Source: Mytilus edulis (taxonomy: Eukaryota). Taken from it: 64,000 nt of DNA. Each line of letters starts with the position of its first letter. Position 1 is the first letter of the stretch. The DNA lies in the NCBI RefSeq assembly GCF_963676685.1, contig NC_092344.1:99138001-99202000 (forward strand). Reading direction: 5' to 3'. Both the position numbers and the translations under genes were made by a program. Positions 13,801 to 28,800 of the stretch are shown one piece after another. The notes beneath the pieces were generated by a model. That model saw only the letters and a list, made by a program, of their open reading frames with translations. It searched no databases and was not told the DNA's origin.

Positions 13801-16800
13801 AATATTACCACTGTTTCCAGTAAATGGCTGTATGATTTGAAGTCTCTTAAAGAAATGTAAGTTTCTCAATATTCAGATAGAATAGATAACAAAACAAAAA
13901 TACAAAAAAGGGAGGGATTTGTAGAGAGCAGAAAATGGATGAATCATTTTACATGAACTAAGTAAGTTTTTCCCTAGAAAACAAACTGCTATAGTTCATT
14001 CTGAGGTCATGTTCTCGCTACAGAAAAAGGATATAAATGTACTGAAATTTTATGAAAATATATGCTGAAATTTTAGTTAACTTTCATATCCCAATTTTTG
14101 ACAGTGTTTGTTGTAGCACTATAGATGTATAACTTCATTTTGAACTAGAACCCTTAGGAACTTTACATCTTTCACATTTGAATGGCATATAAGGTTTTGT
14201 GAAATTGTAAAGAATAATTCAGTCAAATCACTGTGCATCTATAACCTGTTTTAATGATAGAATAAGTGATTAATTGTCCTCTCTGTTGGATATTGTTTTG
14301 TAATGTGCCAGATGTAACCAGTAGGAGCAATCCAACTAACATTTATGTGACAAAATCTCAATTTCCCACTTATGCAAAGTCACATGTCTGTTATTGTTTA
14401 CAAATTGGAGCCCTGTTACAGCAAGGTTATGCTAATCAGGACCAATTTTTTGGCACAGTAGGTGACTAAGGTAGAAAATGAATGTTGTTAAAAGTGAATA
14501 TTAAGTATCATGATCCTTGGCTTTGTACCGATCTTCAAAAGGTCAAATGTTACTTCTTATTGGAAAAAGTTAATCACAGTTAAAAAAAGAAATCGTAATA
14601 AAAGAAAATGTTTCTATGTTTCTTTTGATATTTGCATGATTGAATTTTGATTAGATATTTTTACCAGGGATAGTGTTATTTTCACTTAAAACATTGTATT
14701 GTATAAGGATTCAACAATTTGCAAATTTCTTTTATTAATCTTTGGAATGAATATTGTCTTCATGTATTTGATTGTAAGTTTTGAAGCCCCACCTAACTTC
14801 TTTTTAGCAGTAAATAGTTGCCAGTTTTGACTGAAAACCATTCTGAATGAAGAGCAAGATTAACCAGAATACTGAATTTCAATCCAATGCACATTTATGT
14901 TAATTGGAGTAATTCAGTTCCAATTATTAGATGCTTGTCCTAAATGTGCTTTAAATATTTGCCACTGGATTGTCAATATTAATTTTAAAATAGGTTGTCT
15001 TGAATATGCATGAAATAACTGCCCCCTAGACATTAATGATTAAGCAGGCAAACAATCAATTGATTTATAAAAAGGCAAATTTTGTCATGATCCTATGTTT
15101 TTTCTGCTTTTACCAGATTCACACATGTTAATTTACTTTCTCATGCTAATAACTTGTACAGCTTGAATGGTCATTATAAAAATGGTTGAACTTGGTCAGT
15201 CTAAAGGTTAACTGTACTGCCCAAATGAAGTGAACCCTGTCCATAACATTCTAGAAGTAAATTGAATTTCCTATAAGATGTGTTATACATATGTCTGTTA
15301 ACTCTTATGGGAGAAATCACTAATTCTTCTTCAATGAAATTTCATCTGTCAGTCACCTGAATATACTTCATGGATGAGAGAGTTCGAATGAATAAGCTTT
15401 GAATAATCAAGCTAGGATTTTTTTTTCATTCCTTTCTATAGTTGAGAAATATCTTATGCTTCACTAACCTGTTGATCTAGTGAAAGCTGATGATAATACG
15501 CTAGCCATATGCAGATGCATGGTCTAAAGAAAGAGTTGATAAATTGGGTTGTGGTGATTAGAAATTTCAATTGAAATATATTGCTTACGACATAAATGTA
15601 TAAAAAAAGAAGATGTGGTATGATTGGTAGTATGGAAGATTTGTATTGTCGAAGATTGTGTTGTTAATTGTTTACGACGTTGAAAATAAAATGATAAGCT
15701 GCCTTCTCATGCTTCAGTCACATTAAGTGTGTGTTTGGTCATCCTGTTTCAAAAGAACCTTTATAGAATGGACTTGTTAATTAATTCATTCCCTTTTTAG
15801 TCATCACGAACACCAAGATTTAAGTTTCTCGGGTGATTTGGCAAACATTAAAATTTTATGTTTATGACTTCTACTTTGACTTCTAAATTCATAATTTAAA
15901 AAAAAAACTTCATGTAATTTTGTTCCTTTTTATGTGATTATGAAAGTGTGAAGATATTTTGTAATTTATCATGCTATTTTTATTTATGATCAAATTACTT
16001 GCACCATTTCATATATTTTGAAAGGCAATGAAAGAAATCATCTTTCACGTTCAAACCATCTGTATTCTGCTAGACTACCATTAAACCTAAATTATTGGAA
16101 TACTTAAATTATTTATTGAAAATTAGATAATCAACTTTGGATTGAAAGAAAAAAAGAAATGAAGTAAAGTTTCAATAGTACACCCTTGTTGGTCATGACA
16201 GATGATAAAAGTACTAAAATATTGAAACAGATGACAGTATGAAAGTTGCTTGGAATGTTTCTGTTTTAGAAAAAGATGTGATTGTTTCTCTCAAAATTTT
16301 GAGTGCTTGAAAGAAGTTTTTATTTCAGAAAACATGACCAGCTTTGTATTTTTATTTCAGCTCTCTCCATCACAATAAGATAACCAAAATTGAAGCTAAC
16401 AGTTGGCAGTACTGCCCAAAGCTGGTTAAACTGTAAGTACACAATCGCTATCGGCCAAAACAAATAAAAGATAATTTTTACCACCAATTTGCATTTCTTT
16501 CTTACATTAGTTAATTAAAATTGCTTAGTTTTATGGCCAATTATGTAAAAAATAATTATATTTTTAAAAAGAAAAAAGTAGTTTAGATAGCATCCACCCT
16601 AGGATATTCTGGCTTGTGTAATATTGCTGCACATGACTGAAACTACTATCTGATACTTGGATGGAACATCTAATCAGAGAAAAACTCAAATGAATATAGA
16701 AATGCATAATGTTTGCAGAGGACAGGTGGAAATATTTAATTAACAGGTGTTTTGATCATTATTTCAAACCTTAATGTGCAATAAGATATACATATGGTGG

Positions 16801-19800
16801 GGCTGCATAGATAAATGTTTGTATAATTATCTCCTCATGACTGGATAGGACTGTTTTAATGTTGGGTTGCTGTTTCATTGAAATTTACCTGACATCTACA
16901 AAAACATGTATACCAGTTATTATTAGGATCAGTTCTCTGGACGAGTGGTTTGTTCCCATCCTTGAAGACAAAAAAATCTGAAAAATTTAATGATACTGCA
17001 AATTCAGAAATTATTGAGATTTTTTCAATATTATAAATGCACAAATTGTGGCAGTGTCTGGTTTGCAATAATAAAACTCACATAATTTCAGGTTTTTTTT
17101 CCCATTTTTGTAACATTTTTCTATTGAAATAAGTAGATTTTGAATTTTTCAAAGGTCATGGATTTACATCAATAAATGCGCTTATTAATTTCTGTATTTA
17201 TGGTAACATGTATCAAAACCTTCTTCCTTTTTCAACATGTAAGTGTATAAGAATGTTTCATGCTTTCATAAACTTAAATTGCTATGAAACTGTCAATAGC
17301 TGGGATCTGATTTGTATGATGTTATATCAGATTAAAACACATGTCAGCCAACGAAATTAACTTTAATGACAGCAACTTCAGCTGACTTATTTCAATAGTA
17401 AACTCAATAATTTAAGAAGGAATAACTTCCATTTCAATGCTAAATTGATAATTCTATTGTTAACAGAATTGATTTCTTATGAAATAACATTTGATAAGAG
17501 CTTTTTCTTTTATTCAGCTGTCAATAAAAATGTACCAGGTGTTTGAATTGGTGTGAAAATAGAACTTGTCATAATGAAAGAGTGCATTACTTTTACAATA
17601 CACAAATTGATCTGTATCTATGCTGTTTATTCATGAAATATAGTCTGTTTTGAATGAAAAATGGGAAATTCAATAGGAAAAAAAATGAAACATGTTCTTG
17701 GGTCAGATCATGTGTCATTATACCAACACCTATTCCTCACTGGCAATATGAGTAACTTGTAAGAGGAGTAATGTCCCTTTTAACAACTTTATTTAGAAGT
17801 TAGATTCCATTTCTTGATGAATTCTGGCAATTAATATCTTCAGTTCTTTGTTGTACATTTTTGTATGGCATGTTCTGAGCCATTTGTGTGGTCATTAAAT
17901 TCTAACAGTTCTTTTTGAAGTCCTAACAACTCTTGAGTATTCAGTATGGATCAAATGATGTAGTTTCCTTATTTCTTTGCTAAAGCATATGTTTATTTAC
18001 AAGTTACAGCTGTATCTTGTGTGTAATACAAATTATACACTAAGACTTATTGATGGATACATGTCACACCAGAGCAAATCTGGCTTCAAATTCACTAGAT
18101 TCGATAAAATAACATTACAGACTTAAACCATATGTTTTTTGGGGATAATTAGATATTATAGAGTAGAATATTTGGACAATATCCAGGGGTTGTCTTATTA
18201 TCAGGTGTTAATTGCTTATTATATAGAAAAGATGGTGGTAAAGGTCCCCATCATTATATATAAAGATTGTTTGTTTCATAAACCAGGCCTGGTTTCAAAG
18301 GGAGTCTAAAACTTCTCCCTATAAATGCTAGTGATGATTTCTCCCATCTGGTCGTATTATGAATTTTACACTAAAGAAAATTAGAACTTGGAATGGTTGA
18401 ACTTAATGGAGAAAAGTCAAAACATCTCGTTATGGACTTCTAACTTCACTCCTAATCATCGAAAAGTAAAATTTTAAAACTTAACGAGAACTGAAGTTTT
18501 AGCATTGTGAAGATGTTTGTAAACGAGAACTGAGTTTTAGCATTGTGAAGATGTTTGTAAAAAAGAAATTAATGTTTCTGCTTTGTAGCAATAAATGTCA
18601 GGACATGATGAGTAAAACTCAAAAATGAACATCTTTGATAACAAACTGATAACCATAGGTAAATTATTTTGAGAATATCATTTATTTGTTATTTGATATG
18701 CATGCAAAAATGTTTTATAATTTTTTGACCTCAAAAATGTTAACCTTATACATTTGTATCTGAAATTGTGTATTATTTATCAAAATTTACTCATATATTA
18801 GGATGGTAACTTATTTGACGGACTACATTTAAAAACGAAAAAAAATCTTTTAATACATAGTTGACTTGTGGCTTATCATAATCTGTTTACTTAAATATTC
18901 ATTATCACTAATGATATTAATTGTTCATAAGATATGGTTAATTTGTTAATTAGGTGTAATATATAAAAAGTGAGTTTGGTTGCCATATTATCTGTTAGTA
19001 CTAATTAAAAACGTGCTTTGTCTGACAAACATACTTTCGTCAAGTGCTACATCATGTGTATAAATTCCATCATATAACACCAAGGCATTTCATTGGTAGA
19101 AAGAATTGTGTATTTTTGTTTAATTAAAAAGCATTGTTATCTTACTTTTGATAGAGAAACAGAGGCTATCTTCTGAAAACATGTGTTCATTGAAGATTTT
19201 CGTAAATGTTTTCATGCACTGTTAACCTTCTTCCTTATTTCATCAAGGTTTTTATGATAATTTATTTTCTTTATTAAAACTGTAATGAAAATTTTGAGCT
19301 TAAATCAAAATTTGAATGTCATGGCCTTTGTTAGATATTTGAATGATAATGAAATAAAGTTTGGATAATACAAGGTTTTACTGTGACTTTATAATACACC
19401 CAACAAAGAGATACAATCAGTTATACCCACCTGTATATCTTTAAAGATATGTTCCAGGTATGTTTCCTTTATTGACACACAGCCAATTAAACAGGTGTTA
19501 TAAACATTCAAATTAAATCACAAATCTAATTTATCATATTTCAAATATTCAAATGATAAGTAAAGAGTTATCTTTCCTTAGGTTTGTACTGATAGTCATG
19601 CTTATAAAAGTCTTTCAAATGACTGTCTTTTGTTTTAATGGTACATGACATAAACATTTAGGTGAAGATTATTTTGGTTGGTTTTCTTTAACTCTAAAAT
19701 AGACCCATTATAAGTTAAAAAAAAAAAATGTTTTGATTAGACCAAATGTTCAAGTGAGATTCAGACAGAAGAATATTATTGTTATTATGCTTTTTTCTTC

Positions 19801-22800
19801 TTATTCAACCTGCTTTCAAGGGGGTCTCATTGGGGGTTCTGATCCCCGATCCTGCTGACTGTTTTGTCAGATTCCTGTATCCCGCTTACACTTTATACAT
19901 AAGCAATTCTCATTTTTTTGTAATTTCCCGTGTCCTGCTAGACTTCATTTCCCGTTTTCACGGCACAAGAACTTGACTTTCACGTGTCACGCTTACAAAA
20001 AATCGGCAATCCCGCATCACGCTTAGACCCCACTGAGACCCACTTTCAATAACATTCCTCTAATCTTCTCGACTTATTTACAATATTGTTGATCAACCAT
20101 TTCAGAAATTAAAAGTAAACAATGGAGTAGTTATTATATATTTAACCCTCTATAAAAAAATAGTGTATGCCTTATTTTTCATGTGTTTGAAAACTTGATT
20201 TCTGTTGTGGTATGTTTGTTGACTATTTGAATGAAACCTTTCTCTCAAAAACCGAAGTTTATATTGATTTTAGTGTCTTCAAGCATGAAACATTAACTTC
20301 ATGCATTAAACAGTGAATCTATAACATTTGTGTAGAGAAGGCATAAAACAGTAAATCACTGAATATTTATATAGAAAAATATACTTTCAAAAAAACATAA
20401 AAAGAAGTGCACCTTGAAATTTGATCATTTTATAGTGAATATTTATTGGGTGCATCCAGTAAAATTAATTGCTTATTTCTGTGTGATAATTGGAATGGAA
20501 ATCAGTAGATTACTCGCACATTTAACTTAACATGCAAAACTACTCAGATTTATACAAAAAATAAATAAAGAGAAGCCAAATCTCCACCCCTTTTTTACCT
20601 TACCATCTGCAGAAAAAAACTTTATATCTGATTTGAAGGAGAGAAAATGATTTATTATCTGTATTAAATTTTCACAGATAAAGAACATTCGCAAATAATT
20701 ACTTAATGTGTGCAGTTTGAAGAATTATTTCAGCAACAGCCTCAACTTGACAGATTTTACTACTTTCAAAATATTATTTTGAAAATATTATAACCTTGAC
20801 AAAAATTTCAAAGTTTTAATATTTTGATTATTGAATACCTTCCAAACATCAGTACTAAAATTTTATTGAAAACTTTGAAATCCATTTATAAAATTCCCCT
20901 TCTTTGACAAGACTTTTACAAGTGTTAATGACAGGCTAATTATTGAATACTTTCCGAACATATGTTATAACATTTTAATAAAATCTTTGAAATACAAGTT
21001 ATAAAATTCCCTATCTTTGACAAGACTTTTCTAAGTGTTAATGATAGGCTAAATTATTGTATACTTTTCAAACATCATTACTAGAATTTGTTTGAAAACT
21101 TGAAAAACAAGTTATAAAATTCCCTATCTTTGGCAAGACTTTTCCAAGTGATAATGATAGGCTAATTATTATATACTTTTCAACATCAGTTCTAAAATTT
21201 CATAAATTTTACGAAAAAAATCCCACCTTTAATAATATGTTGATTATTGCAGAATGCAAGGGTGATATAAATGTGTTTAGCAAATGGCTATCAGGAAACC
21301 TAAGCATTGTGGGAATTTTGGCACGAATTTCATTAGTAAAATCTATTTTAAAGGTTAACTACTTAAACAAACAACCTGTCATTTTATAGCAGCATCATGA
21401 ATGATTGATTTGGTTTAAGGTGAGAAATTGTTGCCAAGTAGACAAAAGAGTGTCTGCAGACAAGTATTCTAAACTAGGAGGTTGTCAAATTGTGCAATAA
21501 GAACAAGTGACACTTTGAAAAAAAGGGGCAAAATCATTTTGCATAGGTTTAAACAAGAATGTTTTGTCTCATGTAATTTTGCTCCCATGAGTACTGTTGA
21601 TCAGTTTTACAGTTTATAAAACAAAAAAAGGTAATTTCTAATCTAAGGGACTAAGATGTTTTTTAGGTAGTAGAACATCCTGATTTAACTATCTGTTAAG
21701 ATATAAGGTTAGATTAGGAAGGAAAGAAAAAGTGAAGGTATGAAAGAATCTGATTCAATGCTATTTACCAGTACAAACATATTTTCATCATTCATTGTAT
21801 GACTGAGAGTACATGCAAAATTTCTTCTATCTGTGTCTGTCACCATTCTTCTATCCATCTCTCTGTGACCAAGGATTTTGGTCCAAGAAAGTTGTAATTT
21901 TTTTTTTATTGAACAGAGACTAAGATTTGATTTTTTAAATATTTACAAAACTGTAACTCAATATTTGTTCGATTAATAGAGACAAGCCCAATTTTAGATG
22001 TTTAAAAGTTCAATTTACCTTTTAATAGTTATGTAACCTTTCTGATGGAATTATTAACAACTTTTTATGTGTTTTTTGTTTGTTAGTTTTCTCAATTAAA
22101 GTTAAAAAGTCTTACAACCAGTTCAAGCTTTCAAACTTTGGATTTGAAATATTTCAAATTTGTTGTTTTCATGTTATGGAACTAAAATGAGGTGGAATAT
22201 TAAATGATAATTAAAGAAAAAGGGCAATAATACATATATTCTGTATTGATGAAATAAATGATTGTTGAGTTTTAGTCATAAAGTGCATATCTAAGTGCAT
22301 ATCAACTCTATGATCATTCTGGGTGCACCATTTTACCAATTCTGTCTAACTTACAGCATTAAGTTGTTGTGTTAAGACGTTTAACACCCCCAACTATCTA
22401 ACTAACTAATTCTTTTTGTCTTTTACAGAGATATGTCTCATAACAAGCTGAAGGCCATCGTCAAAGAATCCTTTAAGAATCTAATGGCAGCTAATATCCT
22501 CTTACTGAAGAACAACAACATTCAAAACATAGAAGAAGGATCGTTCCATGATTTGGTGTTTCTCACTGAACTGTACGTATAACCTGTCAACAGTCTAATT
22601 TAAAGATAATTGAATATTGGAGATTAAGTCATGCATTTTATAATTTTAATGTCAATTTTTAATGATTTATTGATTAAAGGGCTCTTATGAATGTATTGTG
22701 AATTATGTATTATTAAGTTATATTTACGACTTGTATGAAGAAATCCGCGATAAAACAAATAAGAAACAAATATATAGTGAAATGGCCTTCATCATGAATT

Positions 22801-25800
22801 TGCATTTGTGACAGGTAGATCTATCAATTAACCGTAGGTATTTGGATTTAGATTACCGATCTGTCACAAGCAGTTTTGGCACATTTTTTTTTAAAAGTTC
22901 TCAGCATTTTGTTGCTGCAGTGATTATGATTTTGATGGACCAGTATGTCCCAAGAACACGTATATGATGAAGCAATCCAAGTCTTTGACTAAGCAGAAAG
23001 CACTTTGTCAGAATGAGAGATGATATTATTTTAATAGCATTTTTGTTTGTTATTTACTGTCATCATTCATTGTTAGACTGATCATTTCTGAAAAAGATTT
23101 TCTGCTTATATATTGAACTGACGTAATGAATTGTACACAATATCTTTATAACATGGAAACAGTTTTTTGTAATTCCTCTTTCTTGTGTAGTAACACATTC
23201 AGATAAAATGATATGTTAGCTTTCATTACCTTGATGATATCATAAATTATACAAGTGATAAGCAGATTTTCAAAATAAATATAGGGCAAAGTAAAAATTA
23301 ATATTTGAATGTTTTTTTGGCAGCACTGATTTACATATGATATTTTATTATCTTTACAGAGAATTAAGTAATAATGAACTTTCCTGGACAATAGAAGATA
23401 TGAATGGAACCTTCAGTGAACTACATAATTTAGAAAGTCTAAGTTTGGAGAACAACAAGATTAAATCTATTGCCAAGAATGCTTTTAATGGTCTAATCAA
23501 AGTGAAAACTTTAAATCTTCTCAATAATGAAATATCTACCATCCAGTCAAACGCTTTTGAGACCATGGTTGAGATGGATTCATTGTAAGTATACCTGTTC
23601 ATCAGACCTTTAAGTGTCACAGTGAATTATAGTGTTTTGTTGATTCTTATAACTGAAAGCCATATTATTTATACCTTTTTCCCCAATTTTGGTCTTTGCC
23701 AAAGTTGTTAAAAATGCGGTTACTTTCATGATTTTGCAAAAAAATATACAATGATAAGGAAATGCAACATAATCACACCAAGAAATTAACCTTGCAGGTA
23801 AACATGGTAGAGGGGAAAGTGTATTATGACTGAATGTAACCGATCTAATTCTTCAGATGGTCACATGATAATGTTCATTTGATATGTCACGCTTGTTTAA
23901 GATATTTGATATCCGTCCTCAGACTTGTCACAGAAGTATTAAGTTCATTATACCAGCAGTCTTACTTAACAAGATATTGTGCAACATAATAATACAAACA
24001 TATTTGTGTAATCATATTTGCTCCCATTTAATAATATCAAATCAACAATGTAATGCAAAAAATGACTAATTTTGATAAAATTATAATCTCTGGTGTTTAT
24101 GTTGTCACGGTGACATTCATACTGTATTTATGTTTGATCTTTTTGTTCATAAGTGGTCATATTGTGTAATCATACTCATTTTGAAATAAAACTATCATAA
24201 TTTTGATTGTATTTCATATTATTATTGCAAAAAAGTTATTTAGCACCAAATAATTGCATGTAACAATATACTTCTTCATCTCTTGTTAATGAATGTCAAT
24301 AGCATGAAAGTTGTTTTTGTTTTGTAGGAAATTTTACTCGACTAACTTTCTGTGTGACTGTAAACTAGCCTGGTTATCACAGTGGTTGATGGCCAAGAAG
24401 TTTGAGAAGTCTGTGACAGCTAGTTGTCAACATCCTGACGACCTTGAGGGAAAGAGTATCTTCAGTATTGACCCTGAGCTGTTCAAGTGTGGTAAGGGTT
24501 ATACTGCTTCTATAGTATATGCACATTAAGATGTCAAGTGTGGTAAGGGTTATACTATAGTATATGCACATTAAGATGGTATGCACAAATAAATTTCAAA
24601 GATAGTAAACTGATTGGAGAACAAGAGCAAAAACATAGAAAAATATCAGCAGTTTTTGGGTTTGTGTCTAAAATGGTTCAATATTTATTAATTTTAACAG
24701 TTCACCTCTCCTGTATTTTTTAGACCTGACCTTCATAAAGTTTTAAATAGTACCATTACAAGATACACTCACTAATTTCAAGTCCAGCTTAAGATAGTGT
24801 TGATTGAATCACTGATGAAGTGTGAATGAAGATAGTGTGTTTGATAACACACTGATATAGTGTGATTGTTGATTGGATGTGTGATAAAACACTGATATAG
24901 TGTGATTGTTGATAGGGTGTGTGATTAAACACTGATATCCAATGTTAACTGATTTCTACTGAATATGCAAGGACTTCAAATCAAATGAATTTTATGCGTG
25001 ATCAATTTGTGTGTACTGTGATTTTAGTGAACGAAAGGTCTGTTATGTATTTAATATAAAACATTTATCAAAGCACTTCAATAATATAGATCAGTTCTGA
25101 ATCTTTAAGTGATTGATTACATTACAGATGGTAATACATTAAAACCAGTGATCAGTATCAGTCCCATTTCCAGGAAAGCTGTACAGGGAGATAACATTAC
25201 TCTTACCTGTGAAGCTGTCAGTACAAAGGATTCAGATACACAATTCAATTGGAAGAAAGACAATATAGTAAGTTTCATTATTGTTATCCCAAAAAAGTTG
25301 TCAGCACTGCAGATTTTGAGAACTTGCTAAGCTGGAAGAAAGTTAGGTGAAAATATTTTTTTTTTTTTTGCTGGAAGAAAATTGTTTGAAAAAAGTGTTT
25401 TATTGCTTCTTAATTGTAGACCATAACATCAATGTGGAAGAGTATCCAATGCAAACAATTAATTTTAAAATAAAAAAAATCAGCTTTTGTGATGCTGTTT
25501 CATTGAGGACTTCCATGTATTCCTATCACACTTTCACAGTAAAATACAGGACAAAAGAAAACTGTACTGCAGCCATGGCTTTAAACAGAAAATATGCAGA
25601 CATCTCCATTTTAATCTAAAGTATCAATTATATTGTAAAATGTTTTTAGATATTAAAATGTTGGTTTCAGTAATTTTGATTGTGTTTAATACATGTATTG
25701 TAAGGATGATGTTTATATTTCAGTTACTGCTGAATCCATTAACTGAGAACAAAATAGCAAAAGATGATACTAAGATAATCAGATATTCCTCCAAATTACA

Positions 25801-28800
25801 TCTTTATGAACTGAAGGACGGTGATTCTGGGGTCTATCAATGTGTTATATTAAACAGCTTTGGACCAGCATACTCAATGAAGGCCTCCATTGAAGTCCAT
25901 GGTTAGTTTTGTCTCATAAATTATTTTTTGATATTTTTATGATTGTTTAATTTATTTCAATATTTGATGAATTGTGCTAATTTTGTTGTTCTAAATGTTC
26001 AACTATGCAACTATAGAAACTATGTCTTTCAAATGAAAAAGAATCAAAAATAGATTGACTCTTCAACCTGAAAGTCAAAGTTAGTAAATTTAGATTTATT
26101 ATCCATCTTTGCACCAACAAGAAGGACAAAAATTAACCATCCTTTTTCAGTATTGACCAGTTAAGTATGATACATTAAAACAAACATTCTAATATGACGT
26201 CCTTATTACGCTTTGTAAACAAAGCCGTGTTCTAATGAGCACAAAATATGTTTGACACATGCGCACGAACTTACTGTTTATATTAACGTTTTTTCCATCG
26301 TTACCCTTTAAAATATATACATTTAAGCAGCTAACATAAACTTTTATTATATATTTTTATGAAACAACATATATTAACCCTGCTCGTAGTTTTTAAACTT
26401 ATCAAATATGAAATGCAATGCACAGACTCCTCGAGGAGGAAACGGGAACAACCAAACATTTTTACGGTAATTTCGTACGCTTCGACCTATAAAAGTACTG
26501 TATTTGTCCTATTAGAATCGAAATAATTCCTTTATGTCATGCTCTATGCTCATTTTAACATGGGTAGGCATTATATTTGACCACATTTTACACCTCGCTT
26601 ACGCTCAGTGTAAAATATCGACAAATATAATGCCTACCCATGTTAAAATGAGCATAGAGCATGACATGTAGGAATTTTTTCTTAATTAGAAAATGAAGTA
26701 ACAAAAACTGTCATATATAGGATAATGGAAATAGAAGAAAAAAACACACAAAATATAAAGCATGTAAAACCATACAATAAAAGTTTATGATTCAAAGTGA
26801 TATGTGTAAATAAAAAAACAAAGTAATTCAGCAATATGGATTTTTTTTTTCAACTTCTTTTACAGTATTTTTCATAAATATGCTCATTTAAGTTAACGGT
26901 ACATTTTCTGTTGTCTAGTATTCCCCCACTTCTCAAAGAAACCATTTGATGTAACAGTCAAGGTTGGTTCAGCTGCTCGCTTGGAATGTTCTGCCACTGG
27001 TCGACCTAATCCAACCATTTCTTGGTCCAAAAATGGAGGAGATGATTTTCCAGCAGCTAGAGAGAGGCGTATGCATGTTATGCCAGATGATAATATTTTC
27101 TACATCCTTGATGTAACTAAATTTGATGAGGGAACTTATACTTGCACAGCAAAAAATGATGCAGGATCTATTAGCGCTAATCTTAATCTTACAGTTTTGC
27201 GTAAGTATTGAAATTTTTGATTTAAGAATTATTGAATTAAAATTCAACAATAAAACACTTTATTACACTACTTATAACGATAGAACAGAAAAAGAGTAAG
27301 CAGTACATACTCATTCATGTTGAAAAAAGTAGTTTCTTGTGTAATTATTATGATAATCATTGAAATAATGAAAATACTATCTTAAAACAAAGTAATACAA
27401 CATTTATCAAGATTTAAAAAAAAAAAATCCTCAACTTAAATACCTATGAAAAAGTGTTTTTTTTTTTTATTTATGATATTTGAAATAAAAAAAATCTGAA
27501 ATAGTTCTAAATTTTATTTCATACTCTCTATACTGAATATTTATAAAGAAAGGGAGATGTGGTATGATAACCAATGAGACAACTCTCAGCCAGAGTTTAA
27601 AAAAAATGGATATACACAATTATAGGTCACCACAGGGCCTTCAACAATGAGTAAAACACATACTGTGTAGCTGGCTATAATATCCAGACCTGAAAAATGT
27701 TAAACAAGAAAAAAATAACAGCCAAATTATCACAATACAATTTACAAAAAAACAAATATGACAGACATGAACCAATGACAACCACTGAATTACAGGCACA
27801 TAGAGAATGTGGCAAGGTTAAACATGTTTGTAAACACACAATCCTGTTTTTAAGATGGATTTTTTTTTTAATTCAATATTTTGATTCTTTCTTGTTGCAA
27901 TCAGAAGAAACAATTTTGTATAAATTTTCATTTTAGAAATCCCAGCTTTTGTGAGACCAATGGAAAGGATTAAGAAAACCCAGGAAGGAGGTACAACAGT
28001 GATAGAATGTATGGCAGAGGGTATCCCAAAACCTAGACTGACTTGGTATAAAAGTAACAAACCTCTGGAATCAAACCAACAACGATATTTCTTCACTGCT
28101 GATAACCAACTGTTAATAATCGTTCAAACTCAGGCCAGTGATGCTGGAGAATATAAGTGTAATATGACCAATACTCTGGGACATGTCAGTGGCGTATCAA
28201 AGCTTGTTGTGTTCCGTGGAGATAAACAAATCTCTGTTGATCCTAAACCTGGCCCCCTAATTACAACTCCAAGTGACGAATCGACGACAACAGGAATAAT
28301 AATCATTGCCGTAGTTTGTTGCGTGGTTGGAACGTCACTGGTGTGGGTGATCATTATATATCAAACAAGAAAGAGACATGAAATGTACAGTGCCACGCCC
28401 ACTGACGAGACCACTTTACCCTGTGAAGTGGCAGGCCAAGGGTACCAGCCCTATCCAGATGGTGGTACCTTGTACAATGGTCCAATGACTGTACAGGGCT
28501 ATCCATATCAGGACTATCAAATACAGGAATCTGGATATGAATCTTCCTCAGGACAGTATCGTGCTCCGAGACCAGCAATATTTCCCAGTGATGTGGATGA
28601 AGAAGAGAATAATATGACAGCTCAGTTAACTTTTCATGAACATAAGAATCGAGATAATAGTGATAGTGACATTCATTATCCCAATAGTGAAACAGATTCA
28701 ATGAAAAGTTCTCAGAGTACGAGTAGTACTCATACAAGTGGACATCAGACTTTACAGACGTTTCGTCCAATACTCAGTAATTCTAATACTTTTGTAAATA

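Noticed and set aside
16317-16360. Duplicated TTTTTATTTCAG acceptor 32 nt upstream of an LRR exon
   Set aside because: Low-complexity 12-mer; not distinguishable from chance, so not counted as a junction duplication.
23354-28770. Minus-strand ORFs over LRIG exons
   Set aside because: Antisense shadows of real exons.
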